From Giardia intestinalis (Eukaryota): a stretch of 64,000 bases of DNA. The DNA lies in NCBI GenBank assembly GCA_000002435.2, contig CM018793.1; one strand, 5' to 3'. The position numbers were made by a program, and so were the translations under genes. This document shows positions 49,609 through 58,209 of this stretch, piece after piece (within the stretch, counting starts at the first letter, position 1; the number at the start of each line of letters is the position of its first letter). The notes under the pieces were generated by a model, which was not told where the DNA came from, searched no databases, and saw only the letters and a list, made by a program, of their open reading frames with translations.

Positions 49609-51855
49609 ATGTCTATAACGACTTCTGGCCAGTGGTTCGAGGCGGTGCACCAGAGGAACTACATGCTTGTTGAGCGCTACGCAGACAGGTTTGCGTCCTC
49701 GGTCAATAGTCACGGAGAGACCGCACTTATGTTGGCTACGCGCGCGCAAGATGTCCAGATGATGGAGCTCCTGGTTGGCTATGAGCGGGGCATGTTCAAT
49801 AAGATGGGGGAAACGGCGCTTGTCATTGCCATAGACAACAACTTGTTCATGGGGATCGAGCTTTTGGCGCGGAATGAGGCTAATTCGACGGGGTATGATG
49901 GGTCGTCTCCTCTACACCACGTTGTGAGGTCAAACAAGATTGATTTTGTCCCGTACCTGGCTCCTCTTCTGGCGCAGAAGTGCGATGACGCTGGAAGGAC
50001 GCCTCTCGAGCTGGCAGCAGAACTAGGCTACACAGAAATGATGGAGCGTCTCATCCGCCACGGACTCCCTGTGGCCACGGCAGATCAGATCAATCGTGCA
50101 GCTCAAATTGCTGAGGAGCACGGATTTCCAGACTGTGCGTATGCCATCCGCAATACATCGGCGCCGCCCACCGATACGCAGGGAGGACGCCAGATTTTCA
50201 GCGGCACAGGACATATTTGCGAGAATGCCCGAAGTGATCAGTATTATAATGACGTCACTGCGAATCAACTACACGCTCACAGCGCACGAATTGTTGCACC
50301 AGTTGTGCCTCCAGAGCTAGACCCAGAGCAGATAGAGGGCATGGGGAAAGGGCACAGCATGTCCCCCTATGCAATTTACAACACAAACTGTCTAAACTGC
50401 GAAAAGAACATCACCGCTCTTGTTTCCTTGCTAATCGATAGGGATCAGACGGTGTCAGAGCTTAGACACAGACTTGATGTTGCCCAGAATGATAACGTTA
50501 TCCTCAAGAAGAAGATCCGAGCCCTGGAAGAACTTCAGGAGCGGCACTACCAGGGGTCGATAGAGCACGCCATGGCCATCGAACGCGAGGCTAACCCGGA
50601 TCGCTACGTGGGGACAAATAATACTGTCGACCCATCGCATTCTCAGATCGAAAACCAATTGGACTTCAGCCATTCGGCCACGGCAACTCCGTCGCGGCAA
50701 GCAACTACTTCCAAGCTGGGGACTTCCAGGGGGAACTCGTCGATGCAATTGACAGGAGGATTCACTGAAAGGCACCTGAAGTGTCTGTCTCCGTCTCAAC
50801 GACAACAAGTCATCGAAGACGCAGCAACTATCGAGCTGGCAAATGACTACAAGACCCTCAGAACCCTGGGAATAGACGTCTCGAATGTCGTATCAGGGAC
50901 GACAAAGCTGTCCAGTAGCTCTACTGCAGATACGCTCAGGAGATCTCTGAGTAATTCGGGCCGGGTTCGGTCTATGCCAAGTGACACTGTACTGAACTGC
51001 GAGCCGGGATCTGCTCCATACTCCACACATATTTCCCGCAGATATGGCGACTCTCCATCCCGTTCGACATCTCGCACCAGAACAGCCCTATCGAGTTCAC
51101 AAACACGTGCGGGGAGCAACACTCTGCGTCGTTCTGGCTCAGTTACAGGTACGGCCACAGGAGCAACCAAGGCACATGGATCTACCTCTACCTCAAGAGC
51201 CCAGTCCAGAACACAGTCTAGGAATCAATCCCGCACGGGCCGGTCGGGCTCCACGGTGGACCGGCAAAGACATATGCCCCCGAGCAAGACTAATGCGATG
51301 GATGAAACGGAGCTCATGCTTGCCGCGCTTAACGGTGACTTGATGCTCGTCGATCAGCTGAGACATACGCAAGTGGGGTATGTCAACAAGTTTGGTAAAA
51401 CAGCGCTGATGTACGCGGCAGAACGGAACCATGTATCCTGCGTAACGCTCCTGTTTCTGAAGGAAAGTGGAAAGCAAGATAGAGATGGGATGTCCGCCTT
51501 GATGTACGCGGCTCAGTATGGCTACATGACCGTCTGCAAGACCCTTATGTATGCCGAGGCGAAGCTCACACGACACGACGGAATGACTGCATTGATGCTT
51601 GCGGCAAACAACGGTCACGAGCTTGTGGTTTCAATTCTCTTAGAGTTCGAAGCAGGATACCAGAACGTGGAGGGCATGACGGCGCTTATGTTAGCTGCAC
51701 AGAATGGCCACCTGGAATGCTGCAAGCTGCTGTGTTCGCAGGAGATCTTTATGGTTGATAATGAGGGCCACGACGCGGTCTGGCATGCTCGGGAATACGG
51801 CAGACAAGCCATTGCAATTGAGCTTAAGCATTACAAGGACTGCTTCAGTAAATAG
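49609..51855 (+). CDS. Protein 21.1-type ankyrin-repeat protein (748 aa), paralog 1 of the tandem array. It has an N-terminal ankyrin block, a central coiled-coil, an Arg/Ser/Thr-rich low-complexity tract and a C-terminal ankyrin block.
   Basis: N-terminus SGQWFEAVHQRNY...GETALMLA shares the W-F-x-A-x(n)-GETxLM signature with the other array members. C-terminal GKTALMYAA / MSALMYAA / MTALMLAA repeats. A-rich initiator. Confidence 0.8.
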   Translation: MSITTSGQWFEAVHQRNYMLVERYADRFASSVNSHGETALMLATRAQDVQMMELLVGYERGMFNKMGETALVIAIDNNLFMGIELLARNEANSTGYDGSSPLHHVVRSNKIDFVPYLAPLLAQKCDDAGRTPLELAAELGYTEMMERLIRHGLPVATADQINRAAQIAEEHGFPDCAYAIRNTSAPPTDTQGGRQIFSGTGHICENARSDQYYNDVTANQLHAHSARIVAPVVPPELDPEQIEGMGKGHSMSPYAIYNTNCLNCEKNITALVSLLIDRDQTVSELRHRLDVAQNDNVILKKKIRALEELQERHYQGSIEHAMAIEREANPDRYVGTNNTVDPSHSQIENQLDFSHSATATPSRQATTSKLGTSRGNSSMQLTGGFTERHLKCLSPSQRQQVIEDAATIELANDYKTLRTLGIDVSNVVSGTTKLSSSSTADTLRRSLSNSGRVRSMPSDTVLNCEPGSAPYSTHISRRYGDSPSRSTSRTRTALSSSQTRAGSNTLRRSGSVTGTATGATKAHGSTSTSRAQSRTQSRNQSRTGRSGSTVDRQRHMPPSKTNAMDETELMLAALNGDLMLVDQLRHTQVGYVNKFGKTALMYAAERNHVSCVTLLFLKESGKQDRDGMSALMYAAQYGYMTVCKTLMYAEAKLTRHDGMTALMLAANNGHELVVSILLEFEAGYQNVEGMTALMLAAQNGHLECCKLLCSQEIFMVDNEGHDAVWHAREYGRQAIAIELKHYKDCFSK

Positions 51856-51911
51856 AGAGGGTGAGGGTCACAGGGGAGGATGTGCGCGAAGGCGTGTAAT
51901 CAAAAATTCAT

Positions 51912-54062
51912 ATGGGCTCGGACACAGTGACCGATTGGTTCAATGCCGCTTTTGACAATGATCACCGCTTCATCAAAGAAAATGTTGAAACGTATGCACG
52001 AACCATAGACTCCACCAAGGAGACAGCGCTCATGAAGGCTGCCAGACGCAATTGCGGGTCCGTGGTGGAGATCCTTTGCGATCATGAATCTGGGCTTTAT
52101 AATAGCCGTGGAGAGAGTGCCCTTATGCTAGCGATACAGAACAACAGCGTGGACTGTTTGGGTGTGCTCTGCGAATACGAGTCTGAACAAATGATCTCAA
52201 ATGGGGACACGCCCCTCCATTACGCCATTCGTATGGGCTGTGTTGAAGCCATCTCTTATTTGACAAGCCGTTATAAGAGAGCACGCTCTAGGGCCGACCG
52301 CACACCCCTCGAGTTTGCAGCTGAGTTGGGGTCCATTCGCTCTATCGAGCACTTGCTGGTCTCTGGTACCCCATATACACAATTAGAAATAGATCGGGCG
52401 ATTGAGCATGCTCGTGCATGTGGACAGATGGTGATCGTCTCTACTCTCCCGATCCTTTTTAAGAGGTACTGGCGTGTCGCAAATTCAAGACAAGACACAG
52501 GAGAGCCAGTAACAGTAGAAGATCTGCGAGCCTTCGAGCCTGAGCCTGCACCTGGAGGGCCTGTCGTTGACGGTCTAGCCCTGAAGAACGCTCTTTTGTC
52601 TGCCGGTGTCCCTGTCAGTGAAGCCAACTCTGTTGTCAGGTCTCTCAGCCAGCCGGCAATCCAATCTATGAGGCAGCTCGCTGCTCCAGCTCCGTGCACG
52701 GACAGCTTCAGAGAGCTTACTGATTCTATGCGACAGCTAGCGTATCCTAGTAACGAAACACTCGATCAGATCCACGAGTCGCAGAATGGGCCGCAGGTAT
52801 TGGCTTCCGCCTATCAGGATCCCGGTGCCGATGGCGTGGATTATGCGAACTTCATGGGGTTCAGAGGGAGACGTGACGACGAGTCGGTGATTTCGGCCGA
52901 TGTCGTGGATAACATCGTTGCCGTCAAGAATGCAGAGATTGCAAGGCTAGAGGACGCTCTTCGCGAGGCAAATGCTCGCCTTCGCATGGCTGAAGGTAAC
53001 GCGGCTGTGAGTCAGGCTAATAGGGTCACTGGGACCTCTTCGGGACACATAGACCGCAAGACACACGAGTATATTCCTGGGACAGTGGAGAGCCCACTCA
53101 ACTATTGTTCAAACAAGATCGCAAACGACGGAGGAGACCACCGTGCCGCTTATCGCGGGGATGTCTACTCAGCTTCTTGCAGCATCCAGTCTCCGAGCAG
53201 ATCGGGCAGGGCGAGCTCTCGTAGTAGAAGCCGCAGTAGCAGTCGTAGCACATCTCGCTCGCATTACGGTAAGGGCTATAGGCCGGAGGTCAAGCCCCGC
53301 ACCAACTCGGCGTCGAGCGTTGCTCGGTCTGATAGCGCTCGTACGTCTCAACTTAAACCTGAGACGCTGATTCCTCCTATGTCCCAGAGGCGCTTGCAAC
53401 CAGGCGCTGCTGGAGACTCTGATCTGATAATTGCAGTGAAGAACGGTGATATCATCAAATTCAGGAAGTATCTTCCCCACCAGACAAGACAGGTCGACTC
53501 TCGCGGACGCACTGCCCTCATGCATGCTGTAGATCGAAACAACACGCTGATGATCACGGAGCTGTGCAACATAGAAGCAGGAATTCAGGATGCGGATGGC
53601 ACCACGGCGCTCATGATAGCTGCGGCCCTAAATCTGCCCCTGGCTGTCTCAATGCTTGTGTCACACGAGAAGCGATTCACCAAGCGCATTGACGGCTCCA
53701 CGGCCCTTATGGCGGCTGCCTCCAATGGGAACATAGATTGTGTCGATATTCTTGCCCGCCACGAAAAGGGCATTCAGGCCCACGATGGATCAACGGCCCT
53801 AATTCATGCGATTCGTAATAATAGGCGCCGCTGTGCGTGCCTACTCTGGCCACTTGAGCACGCAATAGCAGACCGTGACGGCATCTCTCCGCGCGACTGG
53901 GCCAAAAGGTTTAACCGTCAAGAGATTCTCAAGGTGGTAGACTCGCATACCCCATCGAACACTGAGGCGAGGTCGAATATGTATCTTCCTCCTACTATAA
54001 ATCCATCCTATATGGTTCGTGATATCGAACATACTGTCAACCTCCTAAACACAAAAAAGTGA
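51912..54062 (+). CDS. Protein 21.1-type ankyrin-repeat protein (716 aa), paralog 2. It has a central coiled-coil and an RS-rich tract (SRSGRASSRSRSRSSSRSTSRS).
   Basis: N-terminus TDWFNAAFDNDHRF...KETALMKA. C-terminal GRTALMHAV / TTALMIAA / STALMAAA ankyrin repeats. Initiator caaaaattcatATG. Confidence 0.8.
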   Translation: MGSDTVTDWFNAAFDNDHRFIKENVETYARTIDSTKETALMKAARRNCGSVVEILCDHESGLYNSRGESALMLAIQNNSVDCLGVLCEYESEQMISNGDTPLHYAIRMGCVEAISYLTSRYKRARSRADRTPLEFAAELGSIRSIEHLLVSGTPYTQLEIDRAIEHARACGQMVIVSTLPILFKRYWRVANSRQDTGEPVTVEDLRAFEPEPAPGGPVVDGLALKNALLSAGVPVSEANSVVRSLSQPAIQSMRQLAAPAPCTDSFRELTDSMRQLAYPSNETLDQIHESQNGPQVLASAYQDPGADGVDYANFMGFRGRRDDESVISADVVDNIVAVKNAEIARLEDALREANARLRMAEGNAAVSQANRVTGTSSGHIDRKTHEYIPGTVESPLNYCSNKIANDGGDHRAAYRGDVYSASCSIQSPSRSGRASSRSRSRSSSRSTSRSHYGKGYRPEVKPRTNSASSVARSDSARTSQLKPETLIPPMSQRRLQPGAAGDSDLIIAVKNGDIIKFRKYLPHQTRQVDSRGRTALMHAVDRNNTLMITELCNIEAGIQDADGTTALMIAAALNLPLAVSMLVSHEKRFTKRIDGSTALMAAASNGNIDCVDILARHEKGIQAHDGSTALIHAIRNNRRRCACLLWPLEHAIADRDGISPRDWAKRFNRQEILKVVDSHTPSNTEARSNMYLPPTINPSYMVRDIEHTVNLLNTKK

Positions 54063-54131
54063 ATGTCCTGTAAGTTTGGCGCGGTGACCCCCAAGTGTAT
54101 AAAATTCTCCACCCTGTGACATTTTTAAAAA

Positions 54132-56003
54132 ATGGTCGTTTCAACGCAGTCGGACTGGTTCCGTGCCATTGCGCAGAAGAACTACGGGGAGATCTCCGCA
54201 GCCTCAGCAGCGTTTTCGAAGTCTGTAGACCAAGAAGGGAACACGGGGCTCATGATTGCTGCCTCAAATAATGACGCGGAAATGTGTCGCATGCTGGGGC
54301 CTCTCGAGAAGGGCATGTTTAATAGGCACGGCGAAAACGCCATCACCATCGCCATTAAGAAGCGTGCGCTCGACTCTGTCCCCGTTCTGGCTCAGTTTGA
54401 GGCGTTTTATCGTCTGCGTGACGATTCGACCCCGCTACATTATGCTGTTCGCAATCTCTTCCCGGAGAGCATACCCTTCCTCGTCCACTATCTAAAGGAC
54501 AAACCTGATGGTCGTGGGATGACAGCACTGGACCTTGCCGCTGATCAGGGCAACGCAGTCGCTTGTGAGACAATTCTCAAGTATGGTGTTGGCTGGACCC
54601 CACTCCAGCTAGAACGCGCCGCTGAACATGCCAATCTTCATAGCTATCACACGGTTGCAAATCTCATCAGGGATTACAAGATGGACAGTACTCTTGCAAC
54701 CAAGCTCGCGGTCGACGCCGCAGTGATTCGTAACAGCATCGTCGGAAGCACTCTTAATCCCCTGGCTGCCGTTGACCCTGTTACGGCGAGTATCGAGAAT
54801 GCCGTCTTGTCATCGAGAATCACCGACGAAATCGCGCGTACCGGCCACTCCTCGACGTTAGATGCCGTGACAGCCTCGAAGCTTATTCCCCCGTCACTGG
54901 CTACAGCGTCTGCCATTACTGCCTCCCAGCTTGCTACTCGCGCTGCACTCGCCACGACTCCCTACTATAACCCAGTAGCTGCTCAGGCCGCTGCTACCCA
55001 AGCAGCCCTAACGGCATCTCAGCTCTACAACCCTCTTGTTCCAGGGTCGGCCACCGTTGCCACTGCCGCCGCGAACGCCGCAGCCACGGCAGCTGTCCAG
55101 GACACGCTTGTTCGCTCTGCGGTTGCCAACAACGTCTTGGCAGCCCAGCGCATATATGATCCGCTGTGGTTCCAGCCTTCTCTTGCCGCCACCGCCTCGT
55201 TCGTTGCAGCCAACAGGATCAACCAGGCTCTGACTGAGAGTGCAAGGATCCGGGCCAATGCCGCCTTGCACGCCGCCAATGCCGCTGCCGCCGCTGCAAC
55301 CGACAAGTCTGCAGCGGTAGCTTCCCTCAAGGCGACACTCGATGAGCTGGCTGAGTCCACTCCTGAGGCAGCGGCTATCAATAGCATTACTGCCTCCATG
55401 CGTGCCGAGAATTACGTTCTCGACAGCGCCACTGGCCGCTATCCTAATGGGGATACAGAACTGATAAACGCCGCAAAGAATGGAAACCTCAACTCTGTCC
55501 GTATCTTGTTGAACACGCAGGCGGGACTCATCAATAACCGCGGGAAGACCGCGCTCATATGTGCTGCTGAGCGCAACCACATAGCCTGCGTCTGTGAGCT
55601 CTCGCCCAAAGAGAGCGGCATGTCGGATTATGAAGGGATGACGGCACTTATGTACGGTGCGTCGTACGGCCTTCGCGAGGTTGTTACCGCCCTGCTACAT
55701 CCTGAAAAGCGCCTTTCTAGGCCGCGTGATGGAGGCACTGCCATGATGGCTGCGGCGGCTAATGGCCACTTTGACTGCGTAAAAGTTCTGCTCGACCACG
55801 AGCATGGAATGCAGTCGTTGGACGGAACGACTGCGCTGATCCTTGCCGTTAAGTTTAACCGTAGGCACGTGGCTCAACTCCTTTACAGCACCGAGTACGA
55901 CATCAAGGACTCCATGGGCAAGTCTGCGCGTGACTGGGCGACGGAGCTCAACAGAAATGCTATCCTTGAGGATATGAAGGAGTATGAGCGTGCAAGGTCT
56001 TAG
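54132..56003 (+). CDS. Protein 21.1-type ankyrin-repeat protein (623 aa), paralog 3. It has a long Ala/Thr-rich low-complexity central region.
   Basis: N-terminus SDWFRAIAQKNY...GNTGLMIA. C-terminal GKTALICAA / MTALMYGA / GTAMMAAA / TTALILAV ankyrin repeats. Initiator atttttaaaaaATG. Confidence 0.8.
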   Translation: MVVSTQSDWFRAIAQKNYGEISAASAAFSKSVDQEGNTGLMIAASNNDAEMCRMLGPLEKGMFNRHGENAITIAIKKRALDSVPVLAQFEAFYRLRDDSTPLHYAVRNLFPESIPFLVHYLKDKPDGRGMTALDLAADQGNAVACETILKYGVGWTPLQLERAAEHANLHSYHTVANLIRDYKMDSTLATKLAVDAAVIRNSIVGSTLNPLAAVDPVTASIENAVLSSRITDEIARTGHSSTLDAVTASKLIPPSLATASAITASQLATRAALATTPYYNPVAAQAAATQAALTASQLYNPLVPGSATVATAAANAAATAAVQDTLVRSAVANNVLAAQRIYDPLWFQPSLAATASFVAANRINQALTESARIRANAALHAANAAAAAATDKSAAVASLKATLDELAESTPEAAAINSITASMRAENYVLDSATGRYPNGDTELINAAKNGNLNSVRILLNTQAGLINNRGKTALICAAERNHIACVCELSPKESGMSDYEGMTALMYGASYGLREVVTALLHPEKRLSRPRDGGTAMMAAAANGHFDCVKVLLDHEHGMQSLDGTTALILAVKFNRRHVAQLLYSTEYDIKDSMGKSARDWATELNRNAILEDMKEYERARS

Positions 56004-56069
56004 GCTCTCTTCTGGACCTGCGCTGCAAAGTGTAAATGAATCTCTGGTAGCGTTAGGAAGAATAAAAAG

Positions 56070-57503
56070 ATGTCCTTCCGGGATCCCGATCAGTGGTTTT
56101 GCGCGATACGGGAACGCAATTTAGAGGCTATCAAGGCGAATGCCGAGCGATTTGCAGGAGCCCGTGGGCCTCATGGAGAGACGGGACTAATGCTGGCGGC
56201 AAAACTGAATATTCCAGAAGTTGTCTTTTTCTTAGCCCCTCGTGAAAAAGGGTGCTACAATCATGACGGAGATACGGCGCTAAAACTGGCTATGGACGAA
56301 CACAATTTTGCATGCATTGATGAGCTTTTGCACTACGAGATACACCTAAAGACATCGAAGGGCTCCACACCTCTTCACTCGGCTGTTCGGCAAAATCTTC
56401 TGGGCTACCTATCTGTCTTGGTCAGATACTGGAAGAGCACACCTGATGGCCAGGGGCTGAGTGCTTTAGATCTAGCGGCGCAGCTGGGGCATGACGAAGC
56501 AGCAGAGTATCTACTCAAGCACGGCTCCTTCACTCATCAGGAGGCAGAGCACGCAAGTGAGGTTGCTAGAGGGGCAAATCACTATATGCTTGCAAGGAGC
56601 ATATTGTCTGTTGCAGCACAGTTCTGCGATCAGTCGGCAACTGAGTCGCGGCGAGCAATGGTGTCTCATCATCAAAGCAGTAGAAGTATAGGCAAATCGA
56701 TTACTGAAGACTCTGCACACGGACCTTCGCTTCCGCTCCCAATCTCTGATCGCTCCAGGTCCTTTAGACACTCATATCTTGATAAGGACAATACCGAAAC
56801 CCTTGCAAGCACGCCAGAACTCTATGCCTTTAACTGCCCACGATGTAGGACCATGTTTGAATCTATGGCTAAGCGGCTAAAAGAGACGACAGCTGAGTGT
56901 CGCAGGCTGAAAGAAGAGCTGTCTCGGAGACATGCCAGCGACAAGGGGTCTTCATCGACAAGTGCACTTGTGGAAAAGACGCCAGATCCCAAGCCAATAG
57001 GTCTTAAGACAACGCTAGCCGAGACAGCGCCCCCAGTAAGAGCCCCACAAATGCCCTTTCTGTCGTTCGACACAGACAATAATGCTCCAGGAGAACCGAG
57101 TGGGAGCAGCTTCAGCATAGCAATTGGCCACGACAACCCCCAATCGTCCATCCTTGTTCCCCCGACCATTACTCATGGACTTGATCGACAAAACATTAGT
57201 GGCAGAGCTGAGTCCACAAACCATAGCCTAAGGAGCATTCGAGGCGGGGGACCTTCACTGCACAGTGTTGAGCGGAATAATCCTCTCCACACTCCAGAAT
57301 ACTATAACGCTACGAACCAGTCTCCATCCTACCTGCAACGCATTGCAGCATTGCGTTCGCAAGCTTCAGCGACTCCGCTCCAAGTCCCTGAGCGTGCGGT
57401 TTCCCACAACTTAAATCGTAAGGTGTCTCCTTTGACTCAGGATAACTCCACATATAGCATATCGTCCCTCAGACCATCATCTTACGAGACTACTAGCCAC
57501 TAA
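56070..57503 (+). CDS. Protein 21.1-type ankyrin-repeat protein, paralog 4 (477 aa). It has the N-terminal ankyrin block, a coiled-coil and a Ser-rich tail, but lacks the C-terminal ankyrin block found in the other paralogs.
   Basis: N-terminus DQWFCAIRERNLEAIKANAERFAGARGPHGETGLMLA. Initiator gaataaaaagATG. It ends 8 nt before the next ORF opens in another frame. Confidence 0.7.
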   Translation: MSFRDPDQWFCAIRERNLEAIKANAERFAGARGPHGETGLMLAAKLNIPEVVFFLAPREKGCYNHDGDTALKLAMDEHNFACIDELLHYEIHLKTSKGSTPLHSAVRQNLLGYLSVLVRYWKSTPDGQGLSALDLAAQLGHDEAAEYLLKHGSFTHQEAEHASEVARGANHYMLARSILSVAAQFCDQSATESRRAMVSHHQSSRSIGKSITEDSAHGPSLPLPISDRSRSFRHSYLDKDNTETLASTPELYAFNCPRCRTMFESMAKRLKETTAECRRLKEELSRRHASDKGSSSTSALVEKTPDPKPIGLKTTLAETAPPVRAPQMPFLSFDTDNNAPGEPSGSSFSIAIGHDNPQSSILVPPTITHGLDRQNISGRAESTNHSLRSIRGGGPSLHSVERNNPLHTPEYYNATNQSPSYLQRIAALRSQASATPLQVPERAVSHNLNRKVSPLTQDNSTYSISSLRPSSYETTSH

Positions 57504-57571
57504 CTCGGACTTTGCATCCCAATTTAAGGCACGTTGTTACATTACTTTTGCGTCAAAAGTTGGACGCTCCA

Positions 57572-58198
57572 ATGTCACGGCCGCCAAATGGAAAGAATGA
57601 TGACAAGTGGGAGATTATGGGGGAACCAACAGAGTACGTCTACACTATAACAACTAATCGAGCTTTTACAGCCCTCATGGAGGCCGCCCGAGCGGATGCG
57701 TTAGAGGATGTTTTGAACTACTCCAGCACGCAGGCACGCATGACAACTCCTACCGGGCAGACTGCATTAATGATTGCTGCAGAAGCAGGAAACTTCAACT
57801 CTGCACGGGTGCTTTTGCCGCTGGAGAAAGGCATGCAGACGAACGACGGACGTACCGCACTCATGCATGCTGCGGCAGCAGGCTCTATCTCTCTTACCAA
57901 GCTTCTCATTCCGCACGAAGCAAAGATTACCAGTGAACGGGACGGTCACACGGCGTTGATGGAGGCAGCTAGGGAAGGCCACTGTGGGGTTGTGGAGATT
58001 CTTCTCCAGCACGAAGTCGGTATGCGGCAGTACATGGGTTTGACCGCTCTAATTTACGCCATCCATGAGGGACACAGTGAGTGCGTCGCAGCCCTTGCAG
58101 AGGCCGAGAGCCACCTCTGCTCATATGATGGGAAGAGCCCAGTTGTGCATGCACTTGACACCGGCAACAAGTATTTGTTTCCATATTTGAAGATCTGA
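57572..58198 (+). CDS. Ankyrin-repeat-only ORF (209 aa from the first ATG). It corresponds to the missing C-terminal ankyrin block of the preceding paralog, so it is either a gene-fission product or the 3' half of a frameshifted gene.
   Basis: The frame is open from 57497, and the track start at 57512 is TTG. Content: NRAFTALMEAA, GQTALMIAA, GRTALMHAA, GHTALMEAA, GLTALIYAI. The upstream ORF in frame 0 stops at 57501-57503. Confidence 0.55.
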   Translation: MSRPPNGKNDDKWEIMGEPTEYVYTITTNRAFTALMEAARADALEDVLNYSSTQARMTTPTGQTALMIAAEAGNFNSARVLLPLEKGMQTNDGRTALMHAAAAGSISLTKLLIPHEAKITSERDGHTALMEAAREGHCGVVEILLQHEVGMRQYMGLTALIYAIHEGHSECVAALAEAESHLCSYDGKSPVVHALDTGNKYLFPYLKI

Positions 58199-58209
58199 CG
58201 GGGAATTTA

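Noticed and set aside
55008-55580. 190-aa and 124-aa minus-strand ORFs antisense to the Ala/Thr-rich tract of the third ankyrin paralog.
   Set aside because: GC-rich alanine-codon repeats (gcc/gcg) are open in several frames. These ORFs are artefacts of the low-complexity coding region on the + strand.
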